From contig CAZBOQ010000045.1 of the NCBI GenBank assembly GCA_964493555.1, forward strand, positions 1 through 38,546: a stretch of 38,546 bases of DNA, given 5' to 3'. The position numbers were made by a program, and so were the translations under genes. Of the stretch, positions 8,547 through 16,625 are shown piece after piece; position 1 is the stretch's first letter; each line of letters opens with the position of its first letter. The notes under the pieces were generated by a model, which saw nothing but the letters and a program-made list of their open reading frames with translations, was not told the DNA's origin and did not search any database. Origin of the DNA: an uncultured Gammaproteobacteria bacterium. Lineage in GTDB: Bacteria; Pseudomonadota; Gammaproteobacteria; JADZEE01.

Positions 8547-9028
8547 CCTTTAGACGTTGGCTGCTCATCTCCGGCGGGATCCTTGCAAGTGCAATGGCGG
8601 TGCCTATTCCTGCCAGTTCAACTAATCCACCTCATATCGATTACATGCTCCATTGCATGGGTTGCCACATGGAAGATGGTCGGGGCACTGGTGATATGGT
8701 GCCGGAGCTCAAAAACTTCGTCGGCAACTTTTTGGGGGTCGACGGTGGCCGAGAATTTTTAATCCAGGTCCCAGGGGTTGCTCAAGCTGCGTTGGACGAC
8801 GAAGACTTGGCGGACCTCATGAACTGGTTATTACGTGAATTTAGCGCGTCACAGATCCCGTCTGGATTCGAACCTTACACCCCGGCGGAAGTCGGTGCAT
8901 TACGTAAAAGCAAACTCATTGATGTGGCAATTCGACGGGCAACGCTGGTTGAACAGATGAAAGACGTTTCGATCCAGCCCACATTAGAATCACCTAGCGG
9001 TTTAACAGAGGGTAATGTTGTTAGGTAA
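8543..9028 (+). CDS. Periplasmic monohaem c-type cytochrome
   Basis: Start taken at ATG 8543, which overlaps the mauA stop (ATGA). Signal peptide MTFRRWLLISGGILASAMA and a single CxxCH haem-binding motif (HCMGCHM). About 161 aa. Confidence 0.75.
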   Translation: MTFRRWLLISGGILASAMAVPIPASSTNPPHIDYMLHCMGCHMEDGRGTGDMVPELKNFVGNFLGVDGGREFLIQVPGVAQAALDDEDLADLMNWLLREFSASQIPSGFEPYTPAEVGALRKSKLIDVAIRRATLVEQMKDVSIQPTLESPSGLTEGNVVR

Positions 9029-9336
9029 ATTGAGATATGCAATTGTTCTACACATGGGCAACCGTATCGGCTGGTACACCGGCAGAGCAGCAATTTTCTC
9101 GTGAACCTGTTGAGACTCAGATGAATAATGTACTTTAAGAAGTAACGTTAGGTAACTGATATATAATATATAAATAATATATAGTTTCAGTAAAACTGGG
9201 CAAATGATTGCAGGTGGAGAAATTTTGTCGGCAAATGGTCGAGGACGGAGTGTCAGCCATACGGTAGTAGCGGTGCCGTGGGAGCATCTGACTGCTAGGG
9301 TTGGCTGTTTGCCACTTCAATCTACGGGGAGTCTCG

Positions 9337-10536
9337 ATGTCTCAGCCCAGCCAGCGTAAACCGGTAGCACCATATATGGCGATCGGTTTATCGACGGTTG
9401 TATACGGAATAGCCGAGCGTCGTCATATCCGCCATAACCTGGAAACGATTGAAGAGTCCATCCACGCTTCCATTTCCATGGTGAACATCAATATGCCGGT
9501 TAAGGTGATTGCCTTGGCCGAGGGGGCTCTGACAGGGTTCACCGATGAGATTTTCGATCTCCCGCACACGCTGGCGGCGCGGGAGCTGTTTATCGACATC
9601 CCTGGCGAAGAAACAGAGTGGCTAGGACGTTTGGCCAAGCTCTACAAGACGTACATCATCGTGCAATGTAAGGCGCGTTGGCCAGAAGTTATGGCGGATC
9701 GGTTTTTCAACACCCTGTTTGTCATCGACCCCAGTGGAGAGGTGATCCATAAAGCGCCGAAAAACCACATCTGGTGTCGCGAACGTTCTTGCGTCCCGCA
9801 CGACATCTATGACCGATGGGTCGAGCTCTACGGCGACGGGATTGAGGCCTTTTATCCAGTACTTAAAACCCCAGATATCGGCAACATCGGCACCATTTGT
9901 TGCAGCGACGGTGAATATCCAGAAGCCGTGCGAGCATTGACGTTCAACGGCGCAGAACTCGTTTACCGGCCGAGCGAAGCCAACCCTATGACTTCGAGCG
10001 GCTATCCGGGTGGTGGCAGTTGGATGGTACAAAACCGCGGCCATGCCGAGTTCAACAGCCTGTATATGCTGTGCCCGAATGCGGGGCCCGTTTACCTGTC
10101 GCCGAGTTCGAAACATCCGGTGGATATCGCTGGCGGCAACTCCCATATCGTTGATTATCGGGGCGAGATAATGAGTTACACCGCTTCAGGCACTAATACC
10201 ATGGTAGCCGCAGTTATCGATATCGAGGCGCTGCGCCAATTCCGGCATATGAATTTGAACAGCAATTGGTTGAAGGATCTGCGCACTGAATTGTTCAAAC
10301 GCATGTACGAACAACCAATCCACCCCCGGAACCTGTGGATGACGGAGGAACCAGCCCAGCACGAAGCGGTAGACGAGGTCTACCGAGAAAACATCCAGCG
10401 TCTGATCAAGCGTGGCAGCTGGACGGCGCCTGCGCATATATTCGAGGGTGCGCGATTCCAGGCGAGCAGTGAGGATCCAGAGGGTGAAAGCTGGGAAAAC
10501 TTAAAGAAACTTTGGCTTCCCTGGAACGAGAAATGA
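9337..10536 (+). CDS. Carbon-nitrogen hydrolase (nitrilase superfamily), aliphatic amidase/formamidase-like
   Basis: The track ORF begins at TTG 9301. ATG 9337 is preceded by GGGGAG. Candidate Glu-Lys-Cys triad contexts are ALAEGAL, HKAPKNH and ICCSDGEYPE; the last resembles the CDDGNYPE catalytic-Cys motif of aliphatic amidases. At about 399 aa it carries roughly 60 extra C-terminal residues relative to the amidases I remember. Confidence 0.75.
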   Translation: MSQPSQRKPVAPYMAIGLSTVVYGIAERRHIRHNLETIEESIHASISMVNINMPVKVIALAEGALTGFTDEIFDLPHTLAARELFIDIPGEETEWLGRLAKLYKTYIIVQCKARWPEVMADRFFNTLFVIDPSGEVIHKAPKNHIWCRERSCVPHDIYDRWVELYGDGIEAFYPVLKTPDIGNIGTICCSDGEYPEAVRALTFNGAELVYRPSEANPMTSSGYPGGGSWMVQNRGHAEFNSLYMLCPNAGPVYLSPSSKHPVDIAGGNSHIVDYRGEIMSYTASGTNTMVAAVIDIEALRQFRHMNLNSNWLKDLRTELFKRMYEQPIHPRNLWMTEEPAQHEAVDEVYRENIQRLIKRGSWTAPAHIFEGARFQASSEDPEGESWENLKKLWLPWNEK

Positions 10537-10934
10537 CACCTTTCTGTGGAAATCTTTATCCGAGAATTTAATCATTCAAACTGTCTCTTATATGTCAAGT
10601 CGTAGTAGGGATTTGCGCCAACCGGGGAGCTTGGGGCATACTCCGGCCCGATTGGGTTTCCGTTGACTTTCGCCCAGCTGTGAAGCATCGGCAACTGGTC
10701 GCAAAAGCGGATTCATTGAGGCGTCGAGCTCTGCTACACTCGGCCCCTCGTACGTATGAGATTAATCGCGGGAAAGTGCTGCCCGGCCCCTGGGGATCAG
10801 GGTTGAACGGGTTGAATTGGTTAACGAGGAGGAGGTCTAAGTTTATCAATCAGTCCCACTGACCGGACACCGCACTTTATTCGTGAATCAAAACACCACT
10901 TAAAATGTCCCCGTTGAAAAGATAAGGACGGCTC

Positions 10935-11720
10935 ATGACCATTGTATTTAATTCACCTAAGGCGATCTTGCTACCCGGCCTGCTGGCAGCGATCTTCGCC
11001 TTCAATGCCAACGCTCAGCAGCAAGTAGATCAAATTGTGAACGAGGGCATTGCCAGAAGCGACGCCGCAGCAAAGTCACAAGTCAAAATAGATAAAATAT
11101 CAGATCAAACCGACAAGTTATTGCAGGAATACAAGTCGCAAATGAAAGTTGTCGACGGATTGAAAGTTTACAACACGTTGCTTAAGCGTCAGGTCGACGG
11201 GCAGGTCATTGAAATGTCCGAAATCGAGACCTCTATCGATCAAGTATCAGTGATCGAACGACAGATCACTCCGTTGATGCTGCGCATGCTCGAGGGTTTA
11301 GAAGCATTCGTGGAAGCCGACGTCCCGTTTCTTCTTGAAGAACGTCGTGGACGCATTAACAATCTGAAAAACATCATGGAGAAGCCCAGCGTCTCTTCCG
11401 CTGAGAAATTTCGCGCGGTAATAGAAGCGTTTCAGATAGAGAGCGAATTTGGGCGCACCATCGAAGCATACAAGGATTCACTGGACCTTGACGGTAAGAC
11501 CTTGGTGGTCGACGTCTTACGGGTAGGACGGGTTTCACTGCTGTACCAATCGGTGGACGGCGAAATTAACGGTGTGTGGGATCAGGCCGCGAGATCGTGG
11601 CAGCGACTGCCAACCGCTCAGTATAAGAACCCTATTGCGCATGGTCTTAAGATTGCGCGTAAACAGGCGCCACCGGACCTGTTGATGATGCCCATCCAAG
11701 CTCCGGAGGCAGCACAATGA
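10935..11720 (+). CDS. DUF3450-type periplasmic coiled-coil protein (TtpB-like) of TonB2-type systems
   Basis: 261 aa with a signal peptide and a coiled-coil-rich sequence. It is the first gene of the TonB2-type cluster, and its stop overlaps the next gene (ATGA). Confidence 0.7.
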   Translation: MTIVFNSPKAILLPGLLAAIFAFNANAQQQVDQIVNEGIARSDAAAKSQVKIDKISDQTDKLLQEYKSQMKVVDGLKVYNTLLKRQVDGQVIEMSEIETSIDQVSVIERQITPLMLRMLEGLEAFVEADVPFLLEERRGRINNLKNIMEKPSVSSAEKFRAVIEAFQIESEFGRTIEAYKDSLDLDGKTLVVDVLRVGRVSLLYQSVDGEINGVWDQAARSWQRLPTAQYKNPIAHGLKIARKQAPPDLLMMPIQAPEAAQ

Positions 11721-13102
11721 AAAACGGACTGCTAATTTGTGCCTCTTTGGCTTTAAGTTTCCTCTTTACTGCGCCAATTCAATCGGCGCCACTCGATGAT
11801 TTGCTGCGGCAAGTGCGTGATGGCAAAGTTGGGGAGGCAAAAGAAAACGCCGCGCGTGAACGGGCGTTCCAACGTGACAAGAATCGCCAGGCTGGGTTGT
11901 TGAAGGAGGCCAAGGCCGAGAGAAGGCGTCAGGAAGCGCGTAGTGCCCAGCTTGAAGACATGTTCGACGAGAATGAACTCCGCATCGCCGATCTTCAAGA
12001 GCAATATATAAAACGCCTTGGTTCTTTAAAGGAACTGTTTGGTGTGCTTCAACAGGCCGCTGGTGACGCGCGCGGCACCTTCGATGCGTCCCTAACCAAT
12101 GTCCAGTATCCCGGCCGCGGTGAATTCCTGACGATGCTCGCTGAAAAGATGGGTTCTGCCACGAAACTGCCTTCGATCGAGGAGATCGAGCGACTGTGGT
12201 TCGAAATGCAACGCGAGATGACGGAAACCGGTAAAGTGTCGAAATTCGACGCAAAAGTGGTTACGGCTGGCGGCGATGAAGTAGACATGCAAATCGTCCG
12301 AGTCGGTGCGTTTAATGTGGTCTCAGACGGGCAATTTCTGCAATACGAAACCACCACCGGTAAAGTGTTGGAGTTGCCTCGTCAGCCCCAAGATAGATTC
12401 ATCAAATCGGCGGCATCGTTGCAGGGCGCTAGCGAGGGTTTCACGCCCTTCGGGCTCGATCCATCGCGTGGCGTTATCTTAGGGCTCCTGGTTCAGTCAC
12501 CGACGCTGATGGAGCGTATAGCCCAAGGTGGCATCATCGGTTACATCATTATGACGCTGGGCGCGATTGCGGTGCTGATCGCCGTGATTAGGTATGTGTG
12601 GCTGATCCTCGTTGGTATCCAGGTTGCTTCCCAAAAGAAAACCCCAGATGTGCCTAGCGATAGCAATCCTCTGGGTCGTGTGTTGTTGGCTTATCACAGT
12701 AATCGGAGCGCCGACGTCGAGACTCTGGAATTGAAACTCGGCGAAGCCGTGCTCAGGGAAACACCCAAGCTGACGCGATGGAACATGATGCTTAAGGTAA
12801 TCGCCGTAGTTGCGCCGCTGATGGGGCTGCTCGGAACGGTTACGGGCATGATCATTACCTTCCAGGCAATCACGCTATTTGGAACCGGTGATCCGAAAAT
12901 CATGGCAGGCGGTATTTCGCAAGCCTTGATGACGACCGTGCAAGGCCTGTGCGTTGCGATCCCGACCGTGCTGTTACACACGTTGGTGTCGGGACGCAGC
13001 ACTCGGGTCATTCAGATATTGGAAGAGCAGACCGCTGGTATGGTTGCCGAGCAGTCCGAGAAGGCGCATGGTGGCAGCGGCACTCCCGCGGCGGCGTCCT
13101 AG
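11717..13102 (+). CDS. ttpC: Long MotA/TolQ/ExbB proton-channel family protein (TtpC-like)
   Basis: 461 aa. Signal peptide plus a long charged coiled-coil periplasmic region. C-terminal MotA/ExbB channel domain (VAPLMGLLGTVTGMIITF...ISQALMTTVQGL). Confidence 0.75.
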   Translation: MKNGLLICASLALSFLFTAPIQSAPLDDLLRQVRDGKVGEAKENAARERAFQRDKNRQAGLLKEAKAERRRQEARSAQLEDMFDENELRIADLQEQYIKRLGSLKELFGVLQQAAGDARGTFDASLTNVQYPGRGEFLTMLAEKMGSATKLPSIEEIERLWFEMQREMTETGKVSKFDAKVVTAGGDEVDMQIVRVGAFNVVSDGQFLQYETTTGKVLELPRQPQDRFIKSAASLQGASEGFTPFGLDPSRGVILGLLVQSPTLMERIAQGGIIGYIIMTLGAIAVLIAVIRYVWLILVGIQVASQKKTPDVPSDSNPLGRVLLAYHSNRSADVETLELKLGEAVLRETPKLTRWNMMLKVIAVVAPLMGLLGTVTGMIITFQAITLFGTGDPKIMAGGISQALMTTVQGLCVAIPTVLLHTLVSGRSTRVIQILEEQTAGMVAEQSEKAHGGSGTPAAAS

Positions 13103-13117
13103 CACAGACGAACCGGT

Positions 13118-13699
13118 ATGGTAGATTTCATCTATGCGGTACTGCGTACCGTGACGGGTTGGATAGGACTTGAACAGGTTCTAATCGACGCGTGGGAATC
13201 CATCCGGGATTTCCTGGAACTCGGTGGAGACGTTCTGTTATTGATCGGGGTTCTGATGCTGGTGATGTGGATCCTAATATTCGAACGTCTGTTTTACCTG
13301 ATCAGCGAGCACAAAACGGTGGTCAAGAGCGTCTTGCACACTTGGGAAGCACGTACGGATCGTACATCGTGGAATGCTCACATGATTCGCGACCGCTTGA
13401 TTTCGGAGGTTCGCGCGAAGACCGAAGGCACTATTCCAATCATTCACGCCCTGGTTGCGCTTTGTCCCTTAATGGGGCTACTGGGCACGGTAACGGGCAA
13501 GATTGAGGTTTTTCACGTAAAGGCAGTATCGGGCAGTGGCAATGCACGATCCATGGCATCGGGCGTTGCAAAGGCAACCATTCCGACTATGGCCGGTATG
13601 GTTGCTGCGTTGTCAGGTATGTTCATTGCCATTTGGCTACAACGCCGAGCGGCCACAGAAGTCGAGATGCTCGACGAACATCTCACAATGGATCATTAG
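13118..13699 (+). CDS. exbB: ExbB/TolQ proton-channel protein
   Basis: 193 aa. Motifs CPLMGLLGTVTG and SGVAKATIPTMAGM are typical of ExbB/TolQ. Confidence 0.85.
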   Translation: MVDFIYAVLRTVTGWIGLEQVLIDAWESIRDFLELGGDVLLLIGVLMLVMWILIFERLFYLISEHKTVVKSVLHTWEARTDRTSWNAHMIRDRLISEVRAKTEGTIPIIHALVALCPLMGLLGTVTGKIEVFHVKAVSGSGNARSMASGVAKATIPTMAGMVAALSGMFIAIWLQRRAATEVEMLDEHLTMDH

Positions 13700-13722
13700 A
13701 ACAACCTATTTGGAGCTCGAAA

Positions 13723-14127
13723 ATGCGTAGACGTTTTAGCCACTCGGCAGAGGAAGAAGAGTCAGAGATCAACATTACTCCGCTGATCGACATCGTCTTC
13801 ATTATGTTGATTTTCTTCATCGTCACCGCGACTTTTGTTAAAGAAACCGGGATCGACGTTAACCGACCTGACGCCCAAACGGCAAAGAGTCAGGATAAAG
13901 CTAATATCCTGATTGCCATTACCGAGAAAAACGAAATTTGGATCGACCGGAGAAAAGTCGATATCCGTGCAGTTCGACCGAATATCGAACGCCTGCACGC
14001 GGAAAATCCTCAAGGATCCGTAGTCATACAGGCTGATAAAAAGTCTAACACGGAGACGTTGATATCCGTGATGGATGCAAGCCGCCAGGCTGGCGTCTTC
14101 AATGTAGCTATCGCGGCGCAGCAATAA
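13723..14127 (+). CDS. exbD: ExbD/TolR biopolymer transport protein
   Basis: Start moved to ATG 13723 (MRRRFSH...). Has the INITPLIDIVFIMLIFFIV transmembrane signature. 134 aa. Confidence 0.85.
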   Translation: MRRRFSHSAEEEESEINITPLIDIVFIMLIFFIVTATFVKETGIDVNRPDAQTAKSQDKANILIAITEKNEIWIDRRKVDIRAVRPNIERLHAENPQGSVVIQADKKSNTETLISVMDASRQAGVFNVAIAAQQ

Positions 14128-14137
14128 GCGTACAAAC

Positions 14138-14785
14138 ATGAACCTAGCAGGAACCTTGAATGTAACGGACTTGGGCAATGCAGCCCGTGTCAGTATCTCG
14201 TGCGGTTTAGCATTTTTTATCGTGTTCCTGCTTTTTTTTACCATGCAATATCTAATCAAGATAAGCGATCCGGGGCTGAGCGAAGCTGGAAAACGATACA
14301 GTCTGGATTTTGTGCGGGTGCCTAAGGAGCAGGTTATCGAGCGTAAAAAACGCAAACCGCGAAAACCACCGGAGCCGGAAGAACCGCCACCGGAACCGCC
14401 GACGCCTCAAATGGATAACATCAACCCGAATGCGAACACCATCGCCGTTTCTGCAGTTCCGGTGCGAACGGATATCTCGCTCAGTGCAGGTGGTTTTGGA
14501 TTAGCTCCGACAGATGGCGAATATCTCCCGATCGTCAAAGTGCAGCCAATTTACCCGCGACGTGCACTTTCGAGAGGTATAGAAGGCCATGTCATCGTCG
14601 AATTCACGGTGACTAAATCAGGTACTACACGCGGTATCCGGGTCGTTGAATCGACATCCAGTATGTTTGAAAAAGCCGCGATACAGGCGGCATCTAAATT
14701 CAAATATAAACCGCGAGTCGTTGACGGGGAGCCCATTGAGGTTCCAGGTGTCCGAAACAAAATCACCTTTTTAATAGAAGACTAG
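14138..14785 (+). CDS. tonB: TonB energy transducer
   Basis: 215 aa. N-terminal anchor, Pro-rich spacer (KPRKPPEPEEPPPEPPTPQ) and C-terminal TonB domain (YPRRALSRGIEGHVIVEFTV...KPRVVDGEP). Confidence 0.85.
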   Translation: MNLAGTLNVTDLGNAARVSISCGLAFFIVFLLFFTMQYLIKISDPGLSEAGKRYSLDFVRVPKEQVIERKKRKPRKPPEPEEPPPEPPTPQMDNINPNANTIAVSAVPVRTDISLSAGGFGLAPTDGEYLPIVKVQPIYPRRALSRGIEGHVIVEFTVTKSGTTRGIRVVESTSSMFEKAAIQAASKFKYKPRVVDGEPIEVPGVRNKITFLIED

Positions 14786-14811
14786 TCTCGCGCTTCACTG
14801 AGGTCGGACTT

Positions 14812-16074
14812 ATGCGAACATTTATAGTTTTTTCCTTAATGGTTATGCTGTCGACGGTCACTTTCGATGCATTTTCACAGGAGAAAAAGAAAGAGCAAAA
14901 GACCAGGAAAGCTCAGTCGATGACCGAGAAGGTTTACACTAAGCTCACTGAAGCGCAGGAGCTCATTGAGACCGGTGAGACCAATGAAGGTCTCGCGAAG
15001 CTACGAGAAATCGAACAGATGAAGAGGCTGAGCCCGTACGAATACGCTCAACTCTACAATTATTACGCGTATACTTATTTTACGCTGGAACGCTACGACG
15101 ACGCGATCCGCTCCTACGAAAAAGTTTTGAGTCAGCCTGATTTGCCCGAGGCATTAGAGACTGGCACGGTATATACCCTCGCCCAGCTGTATTTCACTGA
15201 AGAGAAGTATCGTAAAGCAATCGAACTCATTAATCGTTGGTTTACTCTGGTTGAAAAACCGACGGAGAATGCTTATTTGTTGCTCGGTCAAGCTTATTAT
15301 CAGATCGACGATTTTAGAAAGTCGCTCGAACCGATCAAAAAAGCCATGCAGATGGTCAAAGCGCGTGGCGAGATACCGAAAGAAAATTTGTATTTATTGA
15401 TGCGCGTCAACTACTACGAGTTGAACGACTACAAAAACATGGCGAACATCATTAAGGAAATGCTGCCGTACTACGATAAAAGCGAGTATTGGTTGACCCT
15501 TGCCGGAGCCTACTCAGAGCTAAAAAACATGGAGGGCCAGATGTCCATCATGGAAATGCTCTATGAGCGCGGTGATCTCCCGAAAGGTAATCAACAGCTC
15601 AACTTGGCCAACCTATATTTGCTTCACGAGACACCTTATAGGGCGGCCCAATTGCTCGATAAAGGCATAAAGGCGAAACTTATTAAAGCTGAGATTCGGA
15701 ACCTGAGGTTGCTGTCCCAGGCGTGGATGCAAGCCAAGGAGTTCAAGAGAGCATTGCCACCGCTGAGGCGTGCCGCTGAGTTGTCGGGTAAGGGCGATCT
15801 CTACATCCGTCTTGGACAAGCTCTGGTCAATCTAGACCGCTACAAAGAAGCGGTTGCAGCGCTACGCAATGGCTTAAAGAAAGGGGGCGTAAAGCGCACC
15901 GATTCAGCTAATATTATGCTTGGCCTCGCGTACGCCGAGCAGAAAATGTACAACCAAGCAAAGAGAGCCTTCCAATCGGCAGCCAAGGATCGGCGCAGCC
16001 GGAAAGCGGCCAATAACTGGATCGCCTACTTAGATTCAGAAGTTGATCGCGCCAAGGCACTAGAGGATGGATAA
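14812..16074 (+). CDS. TPR-repeat protein (TtpD-like) closing the TonB2-type cluster
   Basis: 420 aa with a signal peptide and repeated TPR-like A/Y/L patterns throughout. Its position after tonB is as in TonB2 clusters. Confidence 0.7.
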   Translation: MRTFIVFSLMVMLSTVTFDAFSQEKKKEQKTRKAQSMTEKVYTKLTEAQELIETGETNEGLAKLREIEQMKRLSPYEYAQLYNYYAYTYFTLERYDDAIRSYEKVLSQPDLPEALETGTVYTLAQLYFTEEKYRKAIELINRWFTLVEKPTENAYLLLGQAYYQIDDFRKSLEPIKKAMQMVKARGEIPKENLYLLMRVNYYELNDYKNMANIIKEMLPYYDKSEYWLTLAGAYSELKNMEGQMSIMEMLYERGDLPKGNQQLNLANLYLLHETPYRAAQLLDKGIKAKLIKAEIRNLRLLSQAWMQAKEFKRALPPLRRAAELSGKGDLYIRLGQALVNLDRYKEAVAALRNGLKKGGVKRTDSANIMLGLAYAEQKMYNQAKRAFQSAAKDRRSRKAANNWIAYLDSEVDRAKALEDG

Positions 16075-16167
16075 AAACCCAGGCGCCGGCAATTAGAAGC
16101 GCCACCTGAGGCCGCGGACGCATAGAAACCCACCGTGATAACGGCGATCTGACGGTTGTCGGCAAGC

Positions 16168-16554
16168 ATGTCCATTAAACGCACAGCAGTACCGACAGCT
16201 GTCGTTAGAAATACTGAGATCTTTGAACTCCACGAGATTAAGGAGTTCGCTACCGAGGATCTTGTTCGGAAAAAACTGTTCAAATGCTCCCAGCTGTGGG
16301 CAGAGATTGCCTGTTATGAACCCGGTCAGGCGACCGTTTTACACCACCATCCGTACGAAGAGGAGGCGATATATGTGGTCGAGGGCACGGCGAACATGCA
16401 AGTAGATGGGGAGGAGGTAGTCGTCCCGGAAGGAGGTATCGCACGTTTCCCACCCGGCACTAAGCACGATGTGCGAAACCTCAAAGGCAGTAGGCTGTTG
16501 ATCATGTTCATTAAAATCCCGACGGGGCTAGCAAAACTCGCGACCGAACGGTAG
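16168..16554 (+). CDS. Cupin-domain protein
   Basis: The track ORF starts at TTG 16156; ATG 16168 is preferred. Cupin motifs HHHPYEEEAIYVVEG and PPGTKHDVRN. About 128 aa. Function unknown. Confidence 0.7.
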   Translation: MSIKRTAVPTAVVRNTEIFELHEIKEFATEDLVRKKLFKCSQLWAEIACYEPGQATVLHHHPYEEEAIYVVEGTANMQVDGEEVVVPEGGIARFPPGTKHDVRNLKGSRLLIMFIKIPTGLAKLATER

Positions 16555-16625
16555 ATCCTTTGTGTAGTTCGAATTATTGCCAGAAACACCTGCGGATTAT
16601 CTATCCCGCTTTTTCCTACTGTTAT

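Noticed and set aside
9622-10146. 174-aa minus-strand ORF inside the amidase gene. Similar antisense ORFs occur at 5608-6114, 13762-14355, 11766-12254, 18431-18919, 20602-21015 and 23424-23870.
   Set aside because: All lie opposite genes with clear family motifs and have skewed, Arg/Ser/Pro-rich compositions. I treat them as shadow ORFs.
10561-10579. Fur-box-like sequence (CGAGAATTTAATCATTCAA) ahead of the TonB2-type cluster; a second weak candidate lies near 10876-10896
   Set aside because: Only about 9 of 19 and 7 of 19 matches to the GATAATGATAATCATTATC consensus by my count. The better one lies about 370 bp upstream of the first gene.
10595-10860. Possible cobalamin or other riboswitch in the GC-rich leader (segments such as CAGCTGTGAAGCATCGGCAACTGGTC vaguely recall the B12-element core)
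   Set aside because: I could not align the conserved B12-box or the AGGGAA...GGTG...CC core convincingly by eye. It needs a covariance-model scan, so I do not report it as a feature.
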